DNA of 64,000 nucleotides from Neodothiora populina (lineage: Eukaryota): contig NW_027191411.1 of NCBI RefSeq assembly GCF_041146345.1, forward strand, positions 1,178,001 through 1,242,000, written 5' to 3'. Made by a program: the position numbers and the translations under genes. Under the pieces are notes generated by a model. That model was not told where the DNA came from, searched no databases, and saw only the letters and a program-made list of their open reading frames with translations. Shown piece after piece: positions 1 through 10,288 of this stretch (position 1 is the stretch's first letter; each line of letters opens with the position of its first letter).

Positions 1-629
1 GCGAAGTAGAGCTTCCGGATTTTCTTCTACGACCACGAAACGCATCAAACCATCCCTCGTTTCCTAGATTTTGATTTGTTGCAGCATCGAGTTTGACATT
101 TATGATGTAATTATTTTGTACATAAAAACGTAGACTCGTATGCGGCTGGTACCGCTTTATTCGCAAGCGTTGATTATCTTTCGATAGATAGCCACAAAAA
201 AGCAATTGATCTGATATACATGAAAGACTTGGCATATGATATTCTTTTTCAATTTATTTTGGCCACTTGAATCATTGCAATGCAACACCTGATGTTAACG
301 AAAAGTTACATCGTTCGTTCTGTAGGCAAATGTCTTTTCGAACGCCTATTAGTTTGTAGTGCAACGTGTGATTACGTTCCATATTGTAACGAACCATTAC
401 GACTGCTTTCCAGCCCACTAACCTCAGAAGAAGAAGACATTACCATATCGTATCGGCAATAAGAATCACACCCCAATTCCTAACCTCGTTCGGGCCTAGC
501 CCCTAAAGCCAGAATGGATTTGACGAATGGAAACGGAGTGGAGAGCGTCGCGGCGGGTAAAACCGTTAAACGGGTTCATAGGCGAGTTACGCACGCTCAG
601 CTTAACGCAGACAGTAGATAGATAGATAG
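1..629 (+). mobile_element. Degenerate 3' end of a non-LTR retrotransposon (Tad1/I-like LINE), truncated by the window edge
   Basis: GGCGAG..CTCAGC..GCAGACAG (581-614) is followed by a (TAGA)n tail (615-629), the kind of terminus I recall for fungal LINEs. Upstream AT-rich, stop-riddled sequence retains HLNHCNAT...FCRQ (264-329), loosely like a Tad1 ORF2 C-terminus. Confidence 0.45.
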
Positions 630-953
630 CTGGATAGTCCACACGCACGACAAGTCCTCTGTGCCTTGGACCCCTGTCCACTATCGTGCTAAAGGTGCAG
701 ATCAGCTATAGAGAATGTCTTGAATATCCCTGCCTCGCTTTCTATAGTCGGCACTAGATCTGTAAGCGAGACTTATTATTGTGCTTTTCCTCGCAGATGC
801 CTCCCCGCTGTGCTGTCAGACGGAAGATCGAGAAGGGTCCTTTTGTTTTTGCTCATGTTCTGGCCTTCATGCGTGCAGGGGCTACGATATGTCGTGCCTT
901 GTTTCGCGTGCTTATGCATGTGTCAGGTCTCCATCCTTCGAAACGTCGTTCGC

Positions 954-2087
954 TCAGTCCGGGCTTTCTAGGCCTTTGATCCAGTAGCGGATGCGCTTGC
1001 TGGATCTTGGTGGCGTGAGGAGTTGGCTTACGGATCTTTTGGTGTTAGGGGTAGGGTTCAATTGTGGTGGTGGTGGTGTGGTTGCCTTTTCTGGTTGTCT
1101 GTGCTGGGTGTAGATTTCGACACTGGTGTGGACTTCGCTGGGGTAGGGCTTGTTGTTGTCGTCATTGGTTTCATTGTCTCTCTGAGACGGTGTCGGGACG
1201 CTTGGTCCGAAGTCATGGTTGTCTTGGGGCAGTTCGAGGTCATATGTGGCGGACGTGATGTTCTGCTGGTCATGCATATTCGTTGCGGTTTGTGGAGTCG
1301 TGACACTCTTGTCTTGGATGGATGTGTTGTCTTGTTCAGACTCAGTGTCCCTGTCTGTAAGAACCTGATCGTTGACAAGCGATGGGGTCCATTCCCCACT
1401 GGAGTCATGGTCGGGCCATTCGTACGGGCTATCTTGTGGGCCGATGGCCCAGCCCTCATGTTCTTCAAACCAAGCAATGATGCCTGGGTCAGCGGGAGCA
1501 GGAGCATATGTGTGACCTGGAACAATAGGAGTCCAGGGACTATGAATTTCACCATCCCAAACTAAACTCCAGAACGCAAGCGAAAGAATACTGATTGTGA
1601 CGGAGTGAGCCCACATTGCTTCCTGGTCGAAGACCTGATGGCTGAGCTTCTTGGCAGCGCTGTTGGCTTTGACTATATCATGTACTGCGCGTGCCCAAAC
1701 ATCCTCCGTTATTGGACTTCCATCGGTTTTATCTGGGTCGAATGCCATGCAGGACAAAAGTACCTCAGCTTGGAAGCCGGATGTCGATGGTCTGCTCGCG
1801 TCATCCGTGAATACTTCGTTATGATATTGCAAGGACTTGATGCAGTCAATGACATGCTGCTTGTGCTTCGTAGTCTTCAAAGCGGAGGCATACCAAACAC
1901 GGAGGTATGGAGCTACCAGATCAGATCGGAGCCAGTCATGAAGCTGACCAAGTGACAGATCGAGTTTGTGAGCGAGGAAAACAAAAGACTCAAACTCGAC
2001 TTCTGCGCTATAGACAATCTCATATTCCATGTTGGCCCTTGCTGCCAGACGCTGAGACCGACGAATAGTCTTCTGGGAGGGTGCCAT
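954..2087 (-). CDS. Hypothetical protein, 377 aa; basic RRSQRL N-terminus, central helical region, disordered T/P/Q-rich C-terminus
   Basis: ATG-initiated uninterrupted ORF; no family recognised. Confidence 0.6.
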   Translation of the reverse strand: MAPSQKTIRRSQRLAARANMEYEIVYSAEVEFESFVFLAHKLDLSLGQLHDWLRSDLVAPYLRVWYASALKTTKHKQHVIDCIKSLQYHNEVFTDDASRPSTSGFQAEVLLSCMAFDPDKTDGSPITEDVWARAVHDIVKANSAAKKLSHQVFDQEAMWAHSVTISILSLAFWSLVWDGEIHSPWTPIVPGHTYAPAPADPGIIAWFEEHEGWAIGPQDSPYEWPDHDSSGEWTPSLVNDQVLTDRDTESEQDNTSIQDKSVTTPQTATNMHDQQNITSATYDLELPQDNHDFGPSVPTPSQRDNETNDDNNKPYPSEVHTSVEIYTQHRQPEKATTPPPPQLNPTPNTKRSVSQLLTPPRSSKRIRYWIKGLESPD

Positions 2088-2991
2088 TGAGGATTAGAAC
2101 AGTAGTGAATACTCTTCTCTTCTGCTGAAAAAAGCAAACCCTGTTGAAATCCCGTCTGGTCAAGCCGATCTCTCCTGGCTATCTTGTTACATCCACGAAA
2201 ATCAAGACGGGCCTTAGCGTGAGTAGACTGCCGCGCTCGTGGTCGTGAGAGCAGTACAGTGAGCGGAGGACATAGGCAGGTATGCAGCACTGCAGAGCAT
2301 CGAAAGAACAAGGTCATATAATCCTCTCACTAACTCGCTCACCGAAAATCATCGCAAGGGGAGGGGTGTATGAAAACTCACATTATCACCTACATGTGTG
2401 TGAGATCAGTCAGGCTCAAGTGAGCTATGACTTCATCTAGGCGCGACAGCAGTAGTGGTGCAAGAGCCCGACTTTGGAGAGCTCACTGCTACGGCCGACG
2501 GTCTGTCAGAGACTTCAATCATGCTACAAGTTCGTCATATCTCCCAACAGGAAAGTTAACGTGTCTTTGTCGGATCGTAGCTGGTGAGCTGATCTGATAG
2601 CTGCAAAGGTTGTTGTCTGAGATGTCAGATTGAAAAATGTCATTGCATGTGAACGAAAGCATGGTGACGACTGGAAGTTATGTTGCACTAACAACATTAC
2701 CCAGTAGCACTAGAGAGTGCTTATCACAAAGGTGCTATTCATTCATATGGTAGAAAGGTGTGTAGTCAAGGAAGGTTGCTTAGGCGCGATATGGTAGAAA
2801 AAGTGCAAACGAGTCAAACTCGACCTCGAGCTTTCCTTTCTCACTCAGGAAAGTTTCTTACCAATTTTGAAGCTTTTCTTGTGATTCTTCATCTCAACAC
2901 CACATAACATACAGGCCGCAGGAACGTAACCATTGTCATAATCTGAGATGCTCCTCATAGCGATGACTTCTTCGCTGTTATAACTACTAAG

Positions 2992-3190
2992 GTAAGCGAT
3001 GACTCTCCTCTCACAACCTCCTATAACCTCACTATGATGATAAAAAGGGATCCTAGACCAAAGAGTCTTTGAGGACACCTTTAATTTTTTTTATTGTACA
3101 ATTGTTCCTTCTGATACGTCGACCAAAACTCTTATCTCGTTGCATACATGACACACTTCAGTATGACATGCTAATGATGCGAAAAGACAG
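2992..3190 (+). other. Spliceosomal intron of a putative non-coding snoRNA host transcript
   Basis: AAG|GTAAGC donor at 2992, GCTAAT branch at 3170-3175, ACAG acceptor ending at 3190. No coding frame in the flanking exons. Encloses the C/D snoRNA. Confidence 0.7.
3030..3117 (+). ncRNA. snR41: Box C/D snoRNA, snR41/SNORD62-like, predicted guide for 18S rRNA Am541 (yeast numbering)
   Basis: Box C ATGATGA 3034-3040, C'-like TGAGGA 3070-3075, box D CTGA 3111-3114. CAATTGTTCCT(T) at 3099-3110 is complementary to fungal 18S GAGGAACAAUUG, and the D+5 rule selects the first A after GG. Confidence 0.8.
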
Positions 3191-3318
3191 TCAGCCTCTA
3201 CACATTCAATCACGAAAGGTCATCTCCAATTTAGAATCATAGAACGAAACCAATAATTATATTCGAGCTAAAAAAGCGTATTTTTGTCATTATAAGAACT
3301 CAAACTCCGACCATTGTC

Positions 3319-4260
3319 CTAGTAGTTGCCTTGCTTGTGGTCGGTGTTCTTAGCGACCTGCGTCCTCTTTTCTGCGTCGTTCTTGATCCATTCGGCCGCC
3401 TCGTCCTTGTACTTCGGATCCCATCTGCTCAATGCGCTCCTTCCCTCTGTGACGTCGCCGATGTGATAGGTCATTCTGGCCTGATCCAGTTCCTCTGTCA
3501 CATCGCCATCGGGACAGACGATATAGAACTTCCCCTCGTCGATCTTTTGGACTGCGTAGTCCACAAGTGTGCTGGCAAGCCAAGCGCCTTTGGGCTTCTT
3601 ATCTTGAACCTCGCTTTCATCATTAGGACCAGCATTACCACCGAAAGACGTGTATACCCAGCCAGGAATGAGTAAATGCACGTTGATCTGTGGGCTCTGA
3701 CTGCGAAGGTCGTGGGACAAGTGCTCAGTAAGATGCTTTACCATGGCCTTGGAAGCATTGTAGGCAGGCACAGACCCAGGTGGATTCGTGATGCCTTGCT
3801 TGCTGCCAGTGATGATTATTGTGCTGGGCTCCTTCTTGTCCTGCAAGCCCGGCAAAAAGGTGGCAATGCCGTTCAGTACGCCGAACACATTGGTGTTGTA
3901 TGTCTTGGTGTGATGCTCCAAGTCTGTCCAAGGAGTCATACCCTCTCTCGCCTTGACAGCTGCTCCAGCATTGAGCATTAGTAGATCAACCTTGCCTCCG
4001 AAATCAGCGTCGATGGAGGACTTTAGTTTCTGCCACTCGCTGATCTCAGAGACATCCATCGAGAAAGACTTGATGGCGGACTGGGAACTCGACTTGATGG
4101 ACTCGAGCTTCTCCGTTGCAGTCTTGAGAAAGTCTTTGTTGTTGTCCACCAGAGCAATATTCATACCCTTACTGCGACAGAGACGAGCAAAAGCATAGCC
4201 AATTCCGGAGGCACCGCCAGTAATCAGAGCCGTGGCACCTGGTTTAAATATCGCAGTCAT
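3319..4260 (-). CDS. Short-chain dehydrogenase/reductase (classical SDR)
   Basis: TGGASGIG (TGxxxGxG), LNAG, catalytic S and YNASK (YxxxK). Likely start MTAIFKPG at 4260; intronless. Confidence 0.92.
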   Translation of the reverse strand: MTAIFKPGATALITGGASGIGYAFARLCRSKGMNIALVDNNKDFLKTATEKLESIKSSSQSAIKSFSMDVSEISEWQKLKSSIDADFGGKVDLLMLNAGAAVKAREGMTPWTDLEHHTKTYNTNVFGVLNGIATFLPGLQDKKEPSTIIITGSKQGITNPPGSVPAYNASKAMVKHLTEHLSHDLRSQSPQINVHLLIPGWVYTSFGGNAGPNDESEVQDKKPKGAWLASTLVDYAVQKIDEGKFYIVCPDGDVTEELDQARMTYHIGDVTEGRSALSRWDPKYKDEAAEWIKNDAEKRTQVAKNTDHKQGNY

Positions 4261-4959
4261 GATCGTGTTTGAGGAGTTATTGTCGTATCTTATGTGGTCA
4301 AGATTCGATTGGAACGGCCTGGAAGGTTTTATGACTCTCGACAATGGTATATATGGAGCTTGTCGACTAGGGTAAGGTATGGCTTGCAGCTTACCTACCT
4401 TCGCTCTTGAATGATTTGTACAAATAATCCAACATAGGTACCCCGCACTAGCTGCACCTCAACTTACCAATAATCCCCAATGATGTCATCGTCAAAACAC
4501 CACAAGTAGAAAAACAGCTCTTGGTCATCTTCTGTGTTCAATGCTGTCTTACGCGTGCTGCACTATATGTGTCTCGTTGCCTTGTGCATTTGTTACTAGT
4601 GACTGAGGTGGGATCATGCCGTGGTAAGACCTGAACAGACATGAATAGCCATAGCATATCTCAATATAGCAACTCCCAGCGGCATGACAGTAGACAAGAG
4701 ATTACTCCGATCTGTATCCATCAGCGGTAGTTCACACAGTGGCTTGCTACTATTGATGTTGTATTTGTATATTAGCATATTACTCATTATGCTTGCTAAA
4801 GAGTGTGTTGGTCTATAAGGTATTGTTACAGTTCATTGATCATGGGCTGGACCATCCACCAGGGTGTCCGACGACATAACGACAGCCAATTTCTGTCATT
4901 TGTCACCAGCCAGTCTCAACGACACCACCCTGAGTGGGTAATTCGTCGAAGTGTCCTTG

Positions 4960-5602
4960 CTACTTTGCAGAGGTGGCCCAGATGAGCGCGTCGATAGTTG
5001 TGTTACGCTTCTGGTGGCAAGTGTGCTCGTTCTTGTGAAGGCCTCTGCGGGGTGTGACACAAGTGGTTTGATTGCTCCAGACGGTGGCCTTTGCGAAGTT
5101 GGTGAGGACGTTGTAAGGATAGTCTCCGACGCTAATATACACGTAAGCAAGACGCAATGCAGAAGACCTCGCCCGACGGATGCTCATGAGCAAGTAAGAC
5201 ACTTACGCGTCGTCTTCATATCTGTGCTCGATCTGGAGAGTAAAAGTGTTGATGTTCTGAAAGCTACCGTCCAAGAAGTTCCAGCCAAACGAGGAGTTGA
5301 AGCAAGGGATCTGCAATAGACACGGTCAATTATAACCCATGTCATGGGAGACCTACTAAGAAACTTACGTAGCCTCCAGTCGGATAAGCGACACCCTCTG
5401 CCCATTTGCCCTCGCACTTTGTACTGGCCTTGCCAATTGGACTGGTATCATCAATCACAAAGCTCAGAGTGGTCTCCTTTGTAGGACTGCCCTGAGAGCT
5501 TGCCTCACGGGTCGTGAGACGGGTGATCTTGAGATCCGCAGCGACACAGGTAAAGGATAGAAACATGGCCATGACGCCAAAGAATGCTTCAAGGAACAAC
5601 AT
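4960..5602 (-). CDS. Small secreted Cys-containing protein, Alt a 1 (AA1)-like; exons 5602-5369, 5310-5207, 5131-4960
   Basis: Hydrophobic signal MLFLEAFFGVMAMFLSFTCVAA. GTAAGT..CAG and GTAAGT..TAG introns splice in frame to ...LSFVIDD..TKCEGKW..YIPCFNSSFGWNF..FTLQIEHRYEDDAVGDYPY..C..C..SAK*. Confidence 0.75.
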
Positions 5603-7385
5603 CGTCAAGAATGTGATTAGAGCAGGCAATGTCAAGGTAAAAATCTCCACAAAGGAATGTATGCGCCTTTTCAATTTAGCTTCTGGGCAATGTTGAAAGT
5701 AGGCGTGAACGGAGAACTTGTTGCGAAGATAAGATACAAACAGCGAATATAGTCTTGAATTGAGCCAAACTACCTACAGAGCACAACCTACGATCGCGGT
5801 TCGTAGTCACTTATATAACGGAGCAACAGAATGTGCTTCGCAACCCTCACTCTCGGTTGCAGTTACTAAGTAGCTAAGCATAACGCAGCCATTTACAGAG
5901 TGCACGCGCACCTATACAAGAGATCTTCAGGCACCTTTACTAGTCAAGTCCAGATTCAGGGGCTTAAAGTGGCTCTCGTACGGGACCGAGCACCAACTTC
6001 TAACACTCGCTCTGCTTGGAAGGCTGAAGTTGATACATCCATCAAACTGCCCAATAGTATCGGATCACTACAGAGCATATATGTGTGGTATAGTATTTTT
6101 CTCAATCGCCAAAAGTTGCACGACCCCAGGCTGCTGACAGCATCTCGCTTATTGTGGCCTGCATACAGCTTTCCAAACGAGCCCAGGGTTTCGTTTCAAG
6201 TCTCGGAATGAAGTTAGACTCTTTTTGCTCATCTCAGAAATGGTTAGTGAGCTGAATCGCTGGTTTGATGTACAGTTAAATGCAGACTGAAGCGGCCAGC
6301 CCAAGAGAACTCCTGACTATATTTTGACTCTTGGTCAGGAGGTTCCACCAAATAAGGCAGTTGAATTTGCGTCTTTAGAGAGATTACCGATCGGCAGGAG
6401 ACTTTAAAATGTACCCATAATGAACCACAGAGATGCAACCCTCCGCCTCCGCAACACCCTTACATATTTCTATTTTGAGCACAATGAACTCAGCTATGGT
6501 ACCTTAGGAATCAGCTACAGCTTACCATCTAGCTGGGATCTCAGCCTCGGCGTACAAATGCATACAGTGGTTATGAACTGGGATATGTCTATCACCACGG
6601 CACCCGTGCGGCTGGTGGTTCTTGTTATACGTTTAAAGCTTGACAAACAGGAGATCATTGCAAATCTTGAAGCCTGATATGAGTTCATTAGTGAGAACGA
6701 GGGCCCAAGATTAGAGGAAAGAGTGAGAAGCCATCGTTGGCTTGGCTTGAACCTTCAGACACCTAACTGCAGCCCCGATTGGTTGCATGCCGCCCGAAGA
6801 CACTACTTTGAGACATCAAATACGGAACATTTGAATCGACCCTATGAATTCTGTAAGAATGGAGTATCGCGTGCTCGGAGCCTCACCAGTCACCCGTGTG
6901 AGGCGTTTGCTAGTTCCCCGCCAGACGTTCACGAGGTGTACTGTAAGAGAGAGCTGCTTTTGCCCACAGCCTGACCGGTCATTAATGTTATCCGGATCAT
7001 TGATTGTTGATCAGTTTTGAAGAGGCATAGTGGGCTGGCTGCAATAAGAAGCGCATGTGTGTTCTTCTGTCTCTTTCGCTGCTCACAACGATAGTTCTTT
7101 TGAAACGATTACATGGATGTATGTTCCCATATGTATGTACCCTTTGCACAGCAACCCGACCATTAAAAAGGTCGCTTCCAAGCTCTAGACGCGAAATTCC
7201 CCGGGTTCTTCATCGCTAGAAGAGGATAGGTTTGAGTGATTGCTGCTGCAGAGGCGCAGAAGAAAGGGTTCAGCTCCTTCAGCTCGCATCTCGTCAATCT
7301 CCGGCCGAGTTTGAAGCTATCATTGGCATCCCAAACCTTTGAGAGTTAGCAACACTTCAAGTTGCAACCCTAGCCTGTGGCCTTG

Positions 7386-10288
7386 ATGCTATCCAAATTC
7401 TCGTGGCAAAAGCGCTCTACTGGTTCAAGGAAGTCCAGCATTGCTGCAGCAGCACAAGGAGATCCCGCTGTTGGATATCCGGCGACTCAGGCCCAAGGTG
7501 CGTGTACCTCCTTCGAATCACATACATACACCCTTTATGTCGTGCTCGAGTTCCTACAGCTGCGGAGTGGTTTCCCATCAGCGATCGTTATCAGTCAGGC
7601 ATATTGTCTTACATCCCCCGCCACATGTTGTGCTACGTCGCTTCAAAGTACAATGATTCGCCATTCTCATCACCCCCAGTAGATAGTGATTGTGTCTAAT
7701 AAAGATCGGAAAGGTACAGGTTCCGAGTCAAGGGCATCTTCATCGTCACCACAAGTCTCCGCAGAACAGCAGGCTCAACAGCGAGCTAGCTTGTTGCGAT
7801 CACGCAGCCAGCGCTTCTCCCGCCAATCAATCGCAGGTAGGTGCTCATTATTACGCCGCCAGATATAGGCCAGCCTGAACTGTATCTCATATGGACGAGG
7901 TGTATTGACTGGGAATGGGCGCAGAGGGGTTTAGTCGATTGACTAACAATCGGCACTCTTACATTGCGCCGAGCACCCATCAACCTTCATCTTACGACTT
8001 TGGAGCGGACGAACCCCTACCAGACGTCCCAGTGCGACAGATAGATCAAGTACACGGCGACCTGTTCTCTGCGTGTATCTGAACCCCCTAACTAACCAAA
8101 ATTGCACGATAGACACAACGAAGTGTCAGCACTCCACATCGGATACTAGCACGCACGGAATCGGTGCGAGACCTGCACGAGCCTTATCCCGTCGCAAATC
8201 CAAATTCGGGCAACTTCGCCACCACCGAGGACAGACATTTCCAGGCAGACTCGTCGTCGGTAATCTGGTCGCCGGGACAGCTGCTGCCTTCATCGCGTGA
8301 AAGTCTCCCATCTCCGGTGCTGAGTCAGGACGACGAGGTTGTCGCATTTATAGCAGAAGGTGAAACGGACCCGATGACGACCCGTACCGCCTCCACTCAG
8401 GGCAAATCGTCATCAGACTCCGGGACTTCGGGCTTGGACAGATTTACACAACGACGACTCCAGCGACTGAACACCGAGGCAGGATTCCGAGAGCAAAGAC
8501 AGGGAGCAACAGCACAGCAAGCCTACGCACCGCCTGAAGACGCTGCTGCACAGCCACATCCTGCGGGACAGTCCACCGTCTATTCACGGCCCTCGACCAA
8601 CAATTCCTCCTACGGTCCAATATCACCGACACCAGGCTCGGCCTCGAACACCTCGCCGAGCTATCAATACCACAACAGTCCCCAGGTGCACATTCCCACC
8701 CAGGGCAGTTCGCCGCCGTCTGAGGCCAAGTCATCTTACCAGGGTCACATCGTGCGGCAGCTGCAGCAAACCCAGAGCTTCGGCCAGCTCAACAACAGCA
8801 GCAGCAGCAGCAGCAACAACAATAATAGCAGCACAACACATAACAGCAATAATAATAATAACAACAACAATAATAACAACAACAATAATAACAACACCCA
8901 TAGCCCTACTGCCACGCACAAAGAGGATACGAGCACTATCGGCCAAGCAAGCTCGCGCTCGAACAACTGGCAAGGTATGCTGGCCAACGGCTCCGCTAAC
9001 GCGAACTCTGTTCAGGGCAACTTGGCGTCACCCATGCCCACAGCTCCTGGACAGCAACACCCGAGCCCAAGTGTGCAGAGCAAAGAGGTCGGAAGGTCCA
9101 CACCTCAGATGTCGTCGGCTGAGGATATGACGGATGAAGACATCAACCGACTCATCAGTGATCATAAAGAACTTCGTAAGTCTACTCTGCTGTCTCTGCT
9201 CTCGGTAGCATGTCTCTGACTCTTTCGGTCTCGCAGGTGAGAAGTACAACAAGGTCAAAAAGTACTACTTCGAAAAGGAGGATCAGGTCAAGACATTGCA
9301 GAACAGTCTAGCGCATCAAAGACTCTCGCAGTCCAGGACCTCTCTCGACGACAGCGAATATGCGACACGGTTCAACCGCCTGGACGGCCTCATCGCTCAA
9401 CTATCATTCAGCATTCGCAAGAGTTGGAGAACGGTGCCCAATTGGCTATCCGGGTCTATAAACAGAGATGCCATCACCGTCGGCAAGCAAGAGATGACGG
9501 CGGCTGGCAGGGCCATTGTCTCGCAGTGGCTGGTCGACGAAGTGCTCAACATGTATTTCCATCCCGATCTAGATCTGACACTCTCGATCCAGCTCAAGAC
9601 GATGCAGAAGAACATCCGCCGCTTCGCAGCCACTGCATCAAACAACGAGGACGAGGAGTACCTTATTTCCAAGATCGTCAGCTGGCGACTTACCACACTA
9701 GAAGGATTGCAAGACTCGCTACGATCGCCTACATGCTCCGCCAACCGAGAGCGTCTGATAGAGCTCTTGAAGAAGCAGCTGATGGCTCATCTGCAGCAAC
9801 ACCTCGAAAATCCGCCAATGTCTGACCTCGAAGGCGGTGTTCACATGATCATCGAACTCGCTGTCGCCATGGTAGCCCATCTCCCACTCGAATCTCGTGA
9901 CGTCCAAATCGAGTACTTCCACCCTCACACGCCAATGAATTACGAGCAGATGAAAGCCGAGTCTGGGATCCCGGCACTGGGTGTGTCTCTGGCAGACGAG
10001 GCAGCCGAGCGAGCGAGCGTCGCGAGCGTCCAGTCCAACCTGACCGAAGACAACAAGTCCAACACTGGCGAGGCATCACGAGACCATGTCAGGAAGAGGG
10101 ACATGCTGAGTGCATTCGCTGGCACTGGTAAGAAGCGGGACGCAAAAAATGCAAGCACAGGTTCTCTCGACAACCCGCGCGGCCATTCAGGTGAAAAGGA
10201 CGATCAAAGAGTCAGGATGGCAGTGGGCATTGCAGCCTTCGTCAGCAATCGGACTGTGCTCGTCAAGGCACCAGTGTTTGTTGCCTGA
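7386..10288 (+). CDS. Conserved fungal protein with Q/N/S-rich disordered N-terminus, coiled coil and conserved C-terminal domain; exons 7386-7497, 7720-7836, 7925-8049, 8113-9175, 9237-10288
   Basis: All four introns (GTGCGT, GTAGGT, GTACAC, GTAAGT donors, each with branch site and YAG) keep phase. The junction gives ELREKYNKVKKYYFEKEDQVKTLQNSLAHQRLSQSRTSLDDSEY. The 5' exons are less certain than the 3' ones. Confidence 0.8.
8791..8896 (+). repeat. Compound trinucleotide microsatellite (AGC/AAC/AAT) encoding poly-Ser and poly-Asn
   Basis: Directly visible: aacaacagcagcagc...aataataataacaacaac... Confidence 0.95.

Noticed and set aside
1023..1955. Plus-strand ORFs (180 aa, 116 aa) overlapping the 954-2087 gene
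   Set aside because: Antisense shadows of the longer ORF, with no recognisable motifs.
2585..2704. Second intron-like segment (GTGAGC..ACTAAC..CAG) upstream of the snoRNA intron
   Set aside because: No box C/D pair or rRNA guide found inside, and its link to the host transcript cannot be shown.
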